Shown: one piece after another, positions 27,046 to 37,087 of the stretch
How the letters are laid out: every line of letters begins with the position of its first letter
Position numbering within the stretch: position 1 is the stretch's first letter
Assembly (NCBI GenBank): GCA_017454675.1
Contig: JAFTCN010000063.1
Location: forward strand, 16,316-80,315
Reading direction: 5' to 3'
DNA length: 64,000 nucleotides
Source: Clostridia bacterium
Lineage (GTDB): Bacteria > Bacillota > Clostridia > Oscillospirales > CAG-272
Translations under genes and position numbers: made by a program
Notes under the pieces: model-generated
The model's database searches: none
What the model was told of the DNA's origin: nothing
The model's input: only the letters and a program-made list of their open reading frames with translations

Positions 27046-27414
27046 ATGTTACAGCAGGAATCAAGAATGAAGGTCGCCGACAACACCGGCGCCAAAGAGC
27101 TTCTCTGCATCCGCGTCCTCGGCGGCACCGGCCGCAGATACGCCGGCATCGGTGATGTCGTCGTCTGCTCGGTCAAGAAGGCCGCTCCCGGCGGCATGGT
27201 CAAAAAAGGCGAGGTCGTCAAGGCCGTCATCGTCCGCACGACTCACGGTGTGAAGCGCCCCGACGGATCCTACATCAGGTTCGACGAGAACGCTGCCGTC
27301 ATCATCAAGGACGATCAGACCCCCCGCGGCACCCGCATTTTCGGGCCTGTGGCAAGAGAGCTCCGCGAGAAGCAGTATCTGAAGATACTATCACTCGCAC
27401 CCGAAGTACTTTAA
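27046..27414 (+). CDS. rplN: 50S ribosomal protein L14
   Basis: [18 protein letters not shown]... Confidence 0.98.
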   Translation: MLQQESRMKVADNTGAKELLCIRVLGGTGRRYAGIGDVVVCSVKKAAPGGMVKKGEVVKAVIVRTTHGVKRPDGSYIRFDENAAVIIKDDQTPRGTRIFGPVARELREKQYLKILSLAPEVL

Positions 27415-27429
27415 GGCAAGGAGAAAGCG

Positions 27430-27762
27430 ATGAATATCAAAACAGGCGATACAGTCGTACTTCTGACCGGAAAGTACGAGGAAAAGAAAGACAAGAACGG
27501 AAAGCTTCTGACACACAAGGTGATAGCCGTGTCCCCCGCTGAGGACAAGGTCATCGTCGAGGGAGTCAACAAGGTCCACAAACATGTCAAACCCCGCAAG
27601 CAGGGCGATCAGGGCGGGATAATCGACACCGAAGGCGCGATCTACGCGTCGAAGGTCGCTCTCTACTGCCCCAAGTGCGAAAAGGGCGTCAGGATCAGAA
27701 ATACCGTCGGCAAGGACGGCAAAAAGGTCCGCGTCTGCGCCAAGTGCGGGTATGAATTCTGA
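27430..27762 (+). CDS. rplX: 50S ribosomal protein L24 (variant with four C-terminal Cys)
   Basis: KOW motif ([15 protein letters not shown]). C-terminal CPKC...CAKC pair of CxxC motifs. Confidence 0.95.
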   Translation: MNIKTGDTVVLLTGKYEEKKDKNGKLLTHKVIAVSPAEDKVIVEGVNKVHKHVKPRKQGDQGGIIDTEGAIYASKVALYCPKCEKGVRIRNTVGKDGKKVRVCAKCGYEF

Positions 27763-27776
27763 GTGAGGTGCAGGAA

Positions 27777-28322
27777 ATGGCAGAAGTAAGACTCAAGAAC
27801 AAATACAAATCGGAAATCGCCCCCGCCCTTATGCAGAAGTTCAACTACAAGAGCGTCATGCAGATCCCGAAGCTCGACAAGGTCGTGATCAACGTCGGTT
27901 CTTCCGAGGCCAGAGACAACGCCAAGGTGATCGACAACATCATCGGCGATCTCACCACCATCACCGGACAGAAGGCCGTCCCGACCACCGCGAGGAAGTC
28001 GGTCGCGAACTTCAAGGTCAGGGAAGGGATGAAGATCGGCGCGAAGGTCACCCTCCGCGGCGACCGGATGTACGAGTTCGTCGACAAACTGTTCAGCTTC
28101 GCGCTTCCCAGAGTCCGCGACTTCAAGGGCATCAACCCCAACGCCTTCGACGGCCGCGGCAACTACGCCCTCGGACTCAAGGAGCAGCTTATATTCCCCG
28201 AGATCGAATATGACAAGGTCGACAAGATCCGCGGCATGGACATCTGCTTCGTGACCACGGCGAACACCGATGAGGAAGCCCGCGAGCTGCTTCTCGCGCT
28301 CGGCGCTCCCTTCGCTAAGTAA
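27777..28322 (+). CDS. rplE: 50S ribosomal protein L5
   Basis: ...[34 protein letters not shown].... ATG 27777 follows GAGGTG; the track GTG at 27768 is less likely. Confidence 0.96.
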   Translation: MAEVRLKNKYKSEIAPALMQKFNYKSVMQIPKLDKVVINVGSSEARDNAKVIDNIIGDLTTITGQKAVPTTARKSVANFKVREGMKIGAKVTLRGDRMYEFVDKLFSFALPRVRDFKGINPNAFDGRGNYALGLKEQLIFPEIEYDKVDKIRGMDICFVTTANTDEEARELLLALGAPFAK

Positions 28323-28335
28323 GGAGGAGGTCAAG

Positions 28336-28521
28336 ATGGCAAAGAAAGCTATGATCCTCAAGCAGCAGGCGGAGCCGAAGTTCTCCACCCGTGCGTATAA
28401 CCGCTGCAGGATCTGCGGACGGCCGCACGCCTATCTCCGCAAATACGGGATCTGCCGCATCTGCTTCCGGAATCTGGCCTACAAGGGCGAGATCCCCGGC
28501 GTCAGAAAGGCATCCTGGTAA
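28336..28521 (+). CDS. rpsN: 30S ribosomal protein S14, type Z (zinc-binding, 61 aa)
   Basis: [11 protein letters not shown]...[22 protein letters not shown]...ASW. AAGGAGGAGG lies upstream of ATG 28336; the track start at 28270 is inside rplE. Confidence 0.96.
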   Translation: MAKKAMILKQQAEPKFSTRAYNRCRICGRPHAYLRKYGICRICFRNLAYKGEIPGVRKASW

Positions 28522-28658
28522 GGACCGCGGACAGAAGTCCGAAAACCCCGGATACCGGCAGGAAACCCGGCGACCCGCCGAGTTTAACCGCCGATACCCC
28601 GCCGTCAGCGAACGGCAGCAAGATTAATTAACTTGCACATGGAGGAAAGTTAAACAAA

Positions 28659-29057
28659 ATGCAAATGTCAGATGTTATTGCCGATATGCTCACCAGGATC
28701 AGAAACGCCAGCAATGCGAAGCATGCAACTGTTGACATCCCGGCATCGAACATGAAGAAATCGATCGTCGACATCCTCACCGCCGAAGGCTACGTAGGCG
28801 GATACGAAGTGATCGACGACGGCAAGCAGGGCACCATCCGCGTCACCCTGAAGTACACAGGCAAGAAGCAGCAGGTCATCCGCGGCATCCGCCGGGTCTC
28901 CAAGCCCGGTCTCCGCATCTACGCCGGCTGCGACGAGATGCCCAGGGTCATGAACGGACTCGGCATCGCCATAGTTTCAACGTCCAAGGGCATCATGACC
29001 GACAAGCAGGCCAGAAGAGAAAAGGTCGGCGGCGAAGTCATCGCCTTCGTATGGTAA
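28659..29057 (+). CDS. rpsH: 30S ribosomal protein S8
   Basis: [14 protein letters not shown].... Confidence 0.97.
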   Translation: MQMSDVIADMLTRIRNASNAKHATVDIPASNMKKSIVDILTAEGYVGGYEVIDDGKQGTIRVTLKYTGKKQQVIRGIRRVSKPGLRIYAGCDEMPRVMNGLGIAIVSTSKGIMTDKQARREKVGGEVIAFVW

Positions 29058-29075
29058 TCGGGGAGGCTGTGTGAG

Positions 29076-29651
29076 ATGTCAAGAATAGGAAGAATGCCCA
29101 TCGCGGTCCCCGCGGGCGTCGAAGTCAAGGTCGACGACATGAACGTCGTCACCGTCAAGGGAAAACTCGGTACGCTCAGCCAGAAGATCAACCCCGCCAT
29201 CAAGGTCAACGTCGAGACCGGCAGAGTTACCCTCGAGCGCAATTCTGACGAGAAGGAGATCAAGAGCCTTCACGGCCTCTCGAGATCGCTCGTTCACGAC
29301 ATGGTCGTCGGTGTTTCCGAGGGCTTTTCGAAGACCCTCGAGATCCACGGCACCGGTTACAGAGCTCAGGTCCAGAACAAGAACCTTCTTCTCTGGGTCG
29401 GTCATTCGCTCGTGAACGGAATGCCCCAGCAGAGACTGACAATTCCCCAGCCCGAAGGAATAACCTTCGAGGTCGCCGAAAAGGTCGTCCCGATCCTCAT
29501 CACTGTCAAAGGCGCGGACAAGCAGCAGGTCGGTCAGCTGGCCGCCGTCATCCGCGGAAAGAGACCTCCCGAGCCCTACCACGGAAGCGGCATAAGATAT
29601 GCCGGAGAAAAGATCCGCCGCAAGGCCGGCAAGTCTGCCAAGGCCAAATGA
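29076..29651 (+). CDS. rplF: 50S ribosomal protein L6
   Basis: MSRIGRMPIAVPAGVEV.... Confidence 0.97.
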   Translation: MSRIGRMPIAVPAGVEVKVDDMNVVTVKGKLGTLSQKINPAIKVNVETGRVTLERNSDEKEIKSLHGLSRSLVHDMVVGVSEGFSKTLEIHGTGYRAQVQNKNLLLWVGHSLVNGMPQQRLTIPQPEGITFEVAEKVVPILITVKGADKQQVGQLAAVIRGKRPPEPYHGSGIRYAGEKIRRKAGKSAKAK

Positions 29652-29669
29652 TGAAAGGAGTGCGTACAG

Positions 29670-30026
29670 ATGGTATCAAAGAAGAATAAGAACCTCTCGC
29701 GCAAGAAGAGACACATCAGAGTCAGAGCCAAGATATCCGGAACGGCCGAAAGACCGAGGCTGGCTGTCTACCGCTCGATCAACAACATCAGCGCGCAGAT
29801 CATCGACGATGTCAAAGGCGTCACTCTTGTTTCCGCTTCGTCCTACGAAAAGGATTTCGGGAACGGCGGCAACCGCGAGGCTGCGAAAAAAGTCGGCAAA
29901 CTCGTTGCCGAGAGAGCAATCAAGGAAGGTATCACCGAAGTCGTGTTCGACAGAGGCGGCTATCTTTATCACGGACGTGTATCGGAACTGGCTGAGGGTG
30001 CCCGCGAGGGCGGCCTGAAGTTCTGA
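29670..30026 (+). CDS. rplR: 50S ribosomal protein L18
   Basis: ...[34 protein letters not shown]....[22 protein letters not shown]. Confidence 0.97.
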   Translation: MVSKKNKNLSRKKRHIRVRAKISGTAERPRLAVYRSINNISAQIIDDVKGVTLVSASSYEKDFGNGGNREAAKKVGKLVAERAIKEGITEVVFDRGGYLYHGRVSELAEGAREGGLKF

Positions 30027-30102
30027 ATGAACGGACCTTTTGGCCGGATCCGGTTTGTACACTGTTCAAAAACACATTTGAACATTCAAAGGGAGCAAAA
30101 CA

Positions 30103-30621
30103 ATGGCATTTAGAAACAGCAATGTCGAGGAAAAGGAATATTCCGAAAACCTCGTTGCACTGAACCGTGTTTCCAAGACCGTTAAAGGTGGCCGTGTTGC
30201 CCGCTTTGCCGCGCTGATGGTAGTCGGTGACGGCAACGGACATGTCGGAGCAGGACTCGGAAAGGCGACCGAGGTCCCCGAAGCTATCCGCAAGGGGATC
30301 GAGGACGCGAAGAAAAACATGATCACGGTATCTCTCAAGGGTACCACGATCCCTCACCAGGTGACAGGCGTCTTCGGAGCGGGCAGAGTTCTGCTCAAGC
30401 CGGCTGCCCCCGGTACCGGTATCATCGCCGGTTCGAAGGTGAGAATGGTTCTCGAGGCCGCGGGCATCAAGAATATCCGCGCAAAATGCCTCAGATCCAA
30501 CAACCCCGTCAACGTCGTCAGAGCGACGATGGAAGGGCTTAAGGAACTGCGTTCGGCGAACGATGTCGCGAAAGTCCGCGATCTGAGCGTCGACGACGTA
30601 AAGGGAGGCGCGTCAAGATGA
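30103..30621 (+). CDS. rpsE: 30S ribosomal protein S5
   Basis: ...[38 protein letters not shown].... Confidence 0.97.
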   Translation: MAFRNSNVEEKEYSENLVALNRVSKTVKGGRVARFAALMVVGDGNGHVGAGLGKATEVPEAIRKGIEDAKKNMITVSLKGTTIPHQVTGVFGAGRVLLKPAAPGTGIIAGSKVRMVLEAAGIKNIRAKCLRSNNPVNVVRATMEGLKELRSANDVAKVRDLSVDDVKGGASR

Positions 30622-30812
30622 AGAAAGTCACTCTTGTAAAATCTCTCATCGCCTGCAAGCCCAATCAGAAAGCGACCGCTGCGTCGCTCGGACTCCGCAA
30701 GATCGGCGACTGCATACTGCATGCCGAAGGTCCGGCGCTCGACGGCAAAATCAGGATCCTCGCCCATCTCGTGAAGGTCGAGGACGCCGACCGAAAGGAG
30801 GACGCAGAATGA
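30618..30812 (+). CDS. rpmD: 50S ribosomal protein L30
   Basis: 64 aa; KVTLVKSLI...[14 protein letters not shown].... Overlaps the rpsE stop. Confidence 0.9.
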   Translation: MKKVTLVKSLIACKPNQKATAASLGLRKIGDCILHAEGPALDGKIRILAHLVKVEDADRKEDAE

Positions 30813-31252
30813 AACTTCATGAACTCAGCCCCGCCGAAGGTGCGGTGAAGGCTTCCTTCCGCAAGGGAAGAGGCGCCGGATCCGGCAACGGAAAGACGGC
30901 AGGCAAGGGACATAAGGGACAGAACGCCCGCTCGGGCGGCGGTGTCCGTCCGGGTTTCGAAGGCGGACAGTTCCCGATCTACAGACAGCTTCCGAAGAGG
31001 GGCTTCAACAACAAGAGATTCGCGACAGTTTACGCCATTGTAAACGTCAGCGACCTCAACTGCTTTGCGGACGGTGATACCGTCGATATCGGGGCCCTGC
31101 TCTCCGCCCGGATCATCCGGAAGGAATACGACGGGCTCAAGGTCCTGGGCGGCGGCGAGCTTACCCGTAAGCTTACTGTGAAGGCTGCCGGTTTCTCGGC
31201 GGCGGCAAAGCAAAAAATAGAGGCTGCAGGCGGAACCACCGAGGAGGTGTAA
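30809..31252 (+). CDS. rplO: 50S ribosomal protein L15
   Basis: [12 protein letters not shown]...[36 protein letters not shown]. Confidence 0.97.
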   Translation: MKLHELSPAEGAVKASFRKGRGAGSGNGKTAGKGHKGQNARSGGGVRPGFEGGQFPIYRQLPKRGFNNKRFATVYAIVNVSDLNCFADGDTVDIGALLSARIIRKEYDGLKVLGGGELTRKLTVKAAGFSAAAKQKIEAAGGTTEEV

Positions 31253-31254
31253 GG

Positions 31255-32601
31255 ATGTTTGCGACCTTTAAGAACGCCTGGAAGATCACAGATCTGAGAG
31301 CGAAAATGCTGTTTACGCTCCTCATCGTTCTGATCTACCGTCTCGGCGCCTCAGTCCCGCTTCCTTACGTCAGCAAGGCCGCGCTAGATTCCTTCAACAC
31401 CTTCGCCGCGGGATCGATCCTTCAGTACATGAACATCCTCTCGGGCGACGCGTTCGGAAAAGCAACGCTGTTTGCACTTTCGGTATCCCCCTACATCACT
31501 GCTTCGATCGTCATCCAGCTCCTTACCGTCGCGATCCCCGCTCTCCAGCGGCTGTCCAAGGACGGTGAAGAGGGCAGGAAGAAGATCAACTCGATCACAA
31601 GATACGCGACAGTCGTGCTGGCGATAATCACCGCCTACGGCTACATGCAGATCATGAACTCCTACGGCATGCTCGTTTCCGGTATCAACTGGTTCGGGAA
31701 GCTCGTGCTCATCGTCTGCTACTGCGCCGGCGCCGCGATAATCATGTGGCTGGCCGAGAAGGTCAACGAACACGGTATCGGCAACGGTATCTCGATAATC
31801 CTCTTTGCCAACATCATCGCCAGAGTTCCCACCCTTCTGTGGCAGGTATGGAGAATGATGTTCAGCGAAGCGAACGGATTCTCGACTCTGTTCAAGGGAT
31901 TCAGATGGTGGGGCATACTGCTCGCCGTCCTGTCGCTCGGCATCACGCTCGCGATGACGATCTTCATCGTGTGGTTCACGAACTCCGAGCGCCGCATCCC
32001 GATCCTCTACGCCAAACGCGTCGTCGGACGCAAGATGTACGGCGGTCAGTCCTCGAACCTGCCGATCAAGCTGAACATGTCGGGCGTCATGCCCATCATC
32101 TTCGCCAGCTCGATCGTCTCGATCCCGGCGACCATCGGCTCATTCACCGGCGGCAAGTTCCAGACGTTCATGGAAAAATACTTCAACTACAACACCTGGC
32201 TGTATTTCCTGATATACATGGCTCTGATAGTGGTCTTCTCGTTCTTCTACATCCTGATCTCGTTTGACCCTGTCGAAGTAGCCAACAATATCCAGAAAAA
32301 CGGCGGTTCGATACCCGGGATCAGATCGGGCAGACCTACGGTGGCATACATCAAGAAGATCCTTAACAGGATCACGCTGATCGGCGCCGTGTTCCTCTGC
32401 ATAGTTGCGGGACTCCCGATCCTCATCTCGATAATCAACAACCTTATCAACCCGAACAGCACGACTCTTGCCGGAATCGCATTCGGCGGAAACTCTCTGC
32501 TGATCGTTGTAGGCGTTATCATCGAACTTGTTCACGATCTGGAGGCTCAGGTGGCTCTCAGAAGCTACGGAAAGTCCCAGATAAAGGGCATCTTCGGCTG
32601 A
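31255..32601 (+). CDS. secY: Preprotein translocase subunit SecY
   Basis: 448 aa, 10-TM pattern. ...LRAKMLFTLLIVLIYRLGASVPLP... and ...GNGISIILFANII.... Position after rplO. Confidence 0.97.
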   Translation: MFATFKNAWKITDLRAKMLFTLLIVLIYRLGASVPLPYVSKAALDSFNTFAAGSILQYMNILSGDAFGKATLFALSVSPYITASIVIQLLTVAIPALQRLSKDGEEGRKKINSITRYATVVLAIITAYGYMQIMNSYGMLVSGINWFGKLVLIVCYCAGAAIIMWLAEKVNEHGIGNGISIILFANIIARVPTLLWQVWRMMFSEANGFSTLFKGFRWWGILLAVLSLGITLAMTIFIVWFTNSERRIPILYAKRVVGRKMYGGQSSNLPIKLNMSGVMPIIFASSIVSIPATIGSFTGGKFQTFMEKYFNYNTWLYFLIYMALIVVFSFFYILISFDPVEVANNIQKNGGSIPGIRSGRPTVAYIKKILNRITLIGAVFLCIVAGLPILISIINNLINPNSTTLAGIAFGGNSLLIVVGVIIELVHDLEAQVALRSYGKSQIKGIFG

Positions 32602-32625
32602 TACGGCTCCGGGAGGAAAAAAGCA

Positions 32626-33273
32626 ATGAATCTGATACTGTTGGGTGCCCCCGGTGCGGGAAAAGGCACACAGGCGGAACAGATTTCGGAGCGGGAGGGA
32701 ATACCCGCCATCTCGACGGGACAGATCCTCCGTAATGCCATGAGATCGGGCAGCGAGCTCGGTCTCACGGCAAAACAGTATGTCGAAAGCGGAGCTCTTG
32801 TTCCCGACGACATAGTGATCGGCATTATCAGGGAATATCTTGAATCAGATGAATGCAGGCACGGTTTTGTTCTCGACGGCTTCCCGCGGACCATCGCCCA
32901 GGCGGAGGCCCTGAAGAGGCTGGGGATAAAGATCGATGCCGTGCTGACGATCGAAGTCCCCGACGAAAAGATCGTCAGCAGAATGAGCGGAAGACGGTTC
33001 TGCGAATGCGGCGCGTCCTACCATACCGACTTCCTGCCTCCTAAAGTCGAAGGGATCTGCGACAGATGCGGCAAGGAGCTCTATATCAGAGACGACGACA
33101 AGCCGGAAACGGTGCTGTCGAGACTTGAGACGTATCACCGGCAGACCGAACCGCTGATAGGATACTATCGCGGCGAGGGCCTTCTGATCACCGTGGAGGG
33201 ACAGGAGAGAGTCGAGGACACGACGGAGCTTGTAAGACAGGCTCTCATGAACGGAACGGAGAACAAACAGTAA
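32626..33273 (+). CDS. adk: Adenylate kinase (zinc-lid form)
   Basis: MNLILLGAPGAGKGTQA P-loop. The lid carries CECG...CDRCG. Confidence 0.97.
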   Translation: MNLILLGAPGAGKGTQAEQISEREGIPAISTGQILRNAMRSGSELGLTAKQYVESGALVPDDIVIGIIREYLESDECRHGFVLDGFPRTIAQAEALKRLGIKIDAVLTIEVPDEKIVSRMSGRRFCECGASYHTDFLPPKVEGICDRCGKELYIRDDDKPETVLSRLETYHRQTEPLIGYYRGEGLLITVEGQERVEDTTELVRQALMNGTENKQ

Positions 33274-34032
33274 ATGATTTCGCTTAAAAACCCGCAGCAG
33301 ATAGCCGAAATGAAGGAAGCGGGCAGGATAACCGCGGAGGCGATGGCGGCGGCGGTCGAAGCCGTGAAAGAAGGCATCTCGACCTGGGATCTCGACAGAG
33401 TGATCCGCCACCGCATCGAAAACTGCGGCGCCCGCCCGACCTTCCTCGGTTACGGAGGGTTTCCGGGGTCTGCGTGCATAAGCGTCAACAATGAAGTGAT
33501 CCACGGCATTCCTTCGAGGAGAAGGATACTTCACGAAGGCGACATAGTCAAGATCGACGTGGGAGCCTTCTATCGCGGCTTCACCGGCGACATGGCGAGG
33601 ACGGTGCCCGTCGGAAGGATATCCGAAGAGGCGCAGCGCCTGATCGACGTGACGCGCGAGTCGTTCGAATGCGGCGCCGCCGCATTCGTTGCCGGAGGAC
33701 GTCTCGGGGACATCGGGAGCGCGATTCAGACGAGAGTCGAATCCGAAGGCTTCAGCGTGGTCCGCAGATACGTGGGCCACGGCGTGGGGCACGAGCTCCA
33801 CGAGGATCCCGATGTTCCGAACTACGGAACGGCCGGTCGCGGTCCGAGGCTCCAGGTGGGCATGACGCTTGCCATCGAGCCGATGGTGAACGCCGGCACT
33901 TACGAAGTGACCGTTGACAGGAGAGACGGCTGGACGGTGAGGACCGCCGACGGCAGGCTTTCCGCACATCACGAAAACTCGGTGGCGCTGACCGAAGACG
34001 GTCCGGTGATCCTCACCGCTGTGTATGACTGA
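33274..34032 (+). CDS. map: Methionine aminopeptidase type I
   Basis: ...GDIVKIDVGA..GF.GD.A.T..VG.......L...GHGVGHELHE.P.... Confidence 0.96.
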   Translation: MISLKNPQQIAEMKEAGRITAEAMAAAVEAVKEGISTWDLDRVIRHRIENCGARPTFLGYGGFPGSACISVNNEVIHGIPSRRRILHEGDIVKIDVGAFYRGFTGDMARTVPVGRISEEAQRLIDVTRESFECGAAAFVAGGRLGDIGSAIQTRVESEGFSVVRRYVGHGVGHELHEDPDVPNYGTAGRGPRLQVGMTLAIEPMVNAGTYEVTVDRRDGWTVRTADGRLSAHHENSVALTEDGPVILTAVYD

Positions 34033-34071
34033 CGGTAGATCCGTGCAGTCAGATCTGAATTTAAGATAGGG

Positions 34072-34299
34072 GTGATTACTCTGCCTAAAGACGATGTTGT
34101 CGAATTCGAGGGCACGGTCATCGAGGCTCTGCCCAACGCGCTGTTCAAAGTACAGCTGCCCAACGGATACACGGTGCTTGCCCACATCTCGGGCAAACTC
34201 CGCCAGAATTATATCAGGATCCTCCCGGGAGATCACGTAAAGGTCGAGGTTTCGGTCTACGATCTCACGAAGGGCAGGATCACCTGGCGCACGAAGTGA
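34072..34299 (+). CDS. infA: Translation initiation factor IF-1
   Basis: ...[62 protein letters not shown]. Start ambiguous: GTG 34072 abuts the AGGGG Shine-Dalgarno (34068-34072), while alignment to the usual MAKDDV N-terminus points near CTG 34081. Confidence 0.93.
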   Translation: MITLPKDDVVEFEGTVIEALPNALFKVQLPNGYTVLAHISGKLRQNYIRILPGDHVKVEVSVYDLTKGRITWRTK

Positions 34300-34354
34300 C
34301 GCCGGGACAGATTCAAAAGCCAAGAAAAAACAGAGAAAGGCATGGTGAGATACG

Positions 34355-34468
34355 TTGAAAGTTAAGCCATCCGTAAAAAAGATCTGCGACAAATGCAAGA
34401 TCATCAAGAGACACGGCCGGGTCATGGTCATCTGTGAGAACCCGAAGCACAAGCAGCGCCAGGGCTGA
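34355..34468 (+). CDS. rpmJ: 50S ribosomal protein L36 (zinc-binding form); absent from the ORF track
   Basis: Read directly: TTG AAA GTT AAG CCA TCC ... = (M)[36 protein letters not shown], stop TGA at 34466-34468. GGTGAG lies 5 nt upstream. Canonical infA-rpmJ-rpsM position. Confidence 0.93.
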   Translation: MKVKPSVKKICDKCKIIKRHGRVMVICENPKHKQRQG

Positions 34469-34504
34469 CGTGTCACACAACAGGAAAAAGGAAGGATAAA
34501 CAGA

Positions 34505-34879
34505 ATGGCTCGTATAGCTGGTGTAGACATTCCCAACGCCAAGCGCGTCGAGATTGCCCTTACCTACATTTACGGTATCGGACGCAAAAGTGCGAATGAC
34601 ATTCTCGCAAAGACCGGGATCGATCCCAACACCCGCGCCAAGGATCTTACCGAAGACGAAGTCGCGAAGCTTCGTGACGAGATCGAGAACAACTACGTCG
34701 TAGAGGGCGACCTCAGACGCGACGTCAGCCTCAACATCAAGCGTCTTACAGAGATCAACTGCTACCGCGGAATCAGACACAGAAAAGGTCTTCCGGTTCG
34801 CGGCCAGAGGACAAAGACCAACGCCAGGACCCGCAAGGGACCCGTTAAGACCATCGCGAACAAGAAGAAAGGAGCATAA
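34505..34879 (+). CDS. rpsM: 30S ribosomal protein S13
   Basis: [25 protein letters not shown].... Confidence 0.98.
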   Translation: MARIAGVDIPNAKRVEIALTYIYGIGRKSANDILAKTGIDPNTRAKDLTEDEVAKLRDEIENNYVVEGDLRRDVSLNIKRLTEINCYRGIRHRKGLPVRGQRTKTNARTRKGPVKTIANKKKGA

Positions 34880-34887
34880 GAAGGCTA

Positions 34888-35286
34888 ATGGCTAAAGCTA
34901 CTGCTAAGAAGGTCATAAAGAAACGCCGCGAACGCAAGAACATTCCGTTCGGCCAGGTACATATCCGCGCGACCTTCAACAATACCATCGTGACCGTCAC
35001 CGATTCGGACGGAAATGTCATTTCGTGGGCTTCAGCCGGTGAACTCGGATTCAAAGGTTCGAGAAAATCCACCCCCTTTGCGGCTCAGCAGGCGTCCGAG
35101 ACCGCTGCCAAGGCAGCTATGGAACACGGACTCAAGTCAGTTGAAGTTTATGTCAGAGGACCGGGTCAGGGACGCGAATCCGCTATTCGCGCGCTCGATG
35201 CGGTTGGACTGCAGGTGACTCTTATCAAAGATATGACACCGGTGCCGCACAACGGCTGCAGACCCCCGAAGCGCCGCCGCGTCTGA
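34888..35286 (+). CDS. rpsK: 30S ribosomal protein S11
   Basis: ...[38 protein letters not shown].... Confidence 0.98.
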   Translation: MAKATAKKVIKKRRERKNIPFGQVHIRATFNNTIVTVTDSDGNVISWASAGELGFKGSRKSTPFAAQQASETAAKAAMEHGLKSVEVYVRGPGQGRESAIRALDAVGLQVTLIKDMTPVPHNGCRPPKRRRV

Positions 35287-35318
35287 TCCGAAATACACAG
35301 GAGGAGGAACCACAAAAC

Positions 35319-35975
35319 ATGGCAAGATATACTGGACCCGATTGCAAGCAGTGCCGCAGAGAAGGCGCCAAGCTCTTTCTTAAGGGCGATCGCTGCTCCT
35401 CGGGAAAATGCCCGTTTGACAGAGTAGAGACAGGTGCCCGCGGACGCGATACCGCCCCCGCGGCTCCCGGACAGCACGGAGCGGCCAGAAAGAAACTCAG
35501 AGAGTACGGCAGACAGCTTCGTGAAAAGGAAAAGGTGAGAAGGATATACGGGGTTCTTGAGCGCCAGTTCCACAATTACTATCTTAAAGCCGAAGCCAAG
35601 GAAGGCATGGCCGGTGAGAACCTGCTTGTTCTTCTTGAGCGCAGACTTGACAACGCCGTATACCGTATGGGATTCGGACCGAGCCGCAGCGCGGCGCGTC
35701 AGCTGACTCTCCACGATCACATCACCGTAAACGGAAAGAAAGTCAATATCCCTTCCTATTCGGTCAAAGTCGGGGATGTCATAGGTGTAAGCGAATATTC
35801 CAAGAAGAAGGATTCCGTGAAGGCTCTCATCGAAGCTATCGCTTCGAAGAACGCTCCCAAGTGGCTTGAAGTCAACGCGGAGAACGCCACGGCCAAGGTC
35901 ATCGCCCTGCCTGCGAGAGACGACATAGAATTCGACTGCAACGAACAGCTTATCGTCGAGCTCTATTCAAAATAA
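35319..35975 (+). CDS. rpsD: 30S ribosomal protein S4 (Cys-containing N-terminus)
   Basis: [25 protein letters not shown]...KC... and the S4 RNA-binding domain ([29 protein letters not shown]). Confidence 0.97.
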   Translation: MARYTGPDCKQCRREGAKLFLKGDRCSSGKCPFDRVETGARGRDTAPAAPGQHGAARKKLREYGRQLREKEKVRRIYGVLERQFHNYYLKAEAKEGMAGENLLVLLERRLDNAVYRMGFGPSRSAARQLTLHDHITVNGKKVNIPSYSVKVGDVIGVSEYSKKKDSVKALIEAIASKNAPKWLEVNAENATAKVIALPARDDIEFDCNEQLIVELYSK

Positions 35976-36048
35976 TACCGATTATCACACTTCTGTCGTC
36001 GGCGGCGCCGCCGCCTGATCCAACATAAAAGAAAGAGGTATAACCGGA

Positions 36049-37014
36049 ATGATTGATATAAAGCCTGAAATCGTAACGAAGATCGTGAGCGAAGACGGCA
36101 GGGAAGGCACCTTTGAGGTGGAGCCCCTTGAACGCGGATACGGCACGACGCTCGGCAATTCGCTGCGCAGAGTAATGCTCAGCTCTCTGCCCGGAGTCGC
36201 CGTCACCAGCATCAAGGTCGACGGTGCCCTGCACGAATTCACTGCACTCGACGGTGTTACCGAAGATATGACCGAAATAGTCCTCAATGTCAAGGGGATA
36301 GTCGCACAGCTCCATACCGATGACCCGAAGACGGTCGTCCTCGAGGTGAACGGACCTGCTGAAGCGACTGCCGGAGACATCAGACAGGACGCTGATATCG
36401 AGATCCTCAATCCGGACCACCATATCGCCACTCTCGCCGAAGGCGCTCACTTCCGCATGGAACTCACCTTCGAAAAGGGCCGCGGATATGTTTCACAGGA
36501 CCGCAACAAGATCCTCCATGCCGGAGGACGCGACCGCGCTCCCGTGGGTCTGATCTATACGGACTCCTTCTACACCCCTGTTTACAACGTGAGCTATCAC
36601 GTCGAGAACACCCGTGTGGGAAGCAATATCACCGACTACGACAAGCTGACCATCCATGTGCGCACAAACGGCACGATCGATGCGGTCGGCGCAGTCGCCC
36701 TCGGAGCCAAGTTCCTCAACGAACATCTCATGCTCTTTGTCGGGCTCAACGATGCCGCGGCACAGACGCTTATCATCGATCCGAAGCCGGCTCCCGAAAA
36801 GGAGAAGGCTCTCGAGATGACCGTTGAAGACCTTGACCTTTCGGTCAGAAGCTCCAATTGCCTGAGACGGGCAAACATTAACACCGTGGAAGACCTCGTT
36901 TCGAAGAGCGAGAACGAACTTAAGAAAGTCCGCAACCTCGGGAACAAGTCGCTTGAAGAGATAGTCCTCAAGCTCAAGTCCCTCGGTCTGTCGCTCAAGA
37001 AGGAAGACGAGTGA
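36049..37014 (+). CDS. rpoA: DNA-directed RNA polymerase subunit alpha
   Basis: ...GTFEVEPLERGYGTTLGNSLRRVMLSSLPG.AVTSIK..G..HEF.... C-terminal domain: ...LDLSVRSSNCLRRANINTVEDLV.KSE.EL.KVRNLG.KSLEEI. Confidence 0.98.
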   Translation: MIDIKPEIVTKIVSEDGREGTFEVEPLERGYGTTLGNSLRRVMLSSLPGVAVTSIKVDGALHEFTALDGVTEDMTEIVLNVKGIVAQLHTDDPKTVVLEVNGPAEATAGDIRQDADIEILNPDHHIATLAEGAHFRMELTFEKGRGYVSQDRNKILHAGGRDRAPVGLIYTDSFYTPVYNVSYHVENTRVGSNITDYDKLTIHVRTNGTIDAVGAVALGAKFLNEHLMLFVGLNDAAAQTLIIDPKPAPEKEKALEMTVEDLDLSVRSSNCLRRANINTVEDLVSKSENELKKVRNLGNKSLEEIVLKLKSLGLSLKKEDE

Positions 37015-37087
37015 ACGTCTTACCCGACACGTCTTATCAAAAGTAATTGTGTCCGCCGGGAGGCGGAGGAAAGGAACGGATTAATAA

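Noticed and set aside
30063-30084. Assigning the TGTTCAAA-N6-TTTGAACA palindrome to LexA, Rex or CRP/FNR regulons
   Set aside because: The half-site orientation and spacing do not match the consensus sequences as I recall them (GAAC-N4-GTTC, TTGTGAA-N4-TTCACAA, TGTGA-N6-TCACA). It is left unassigned.
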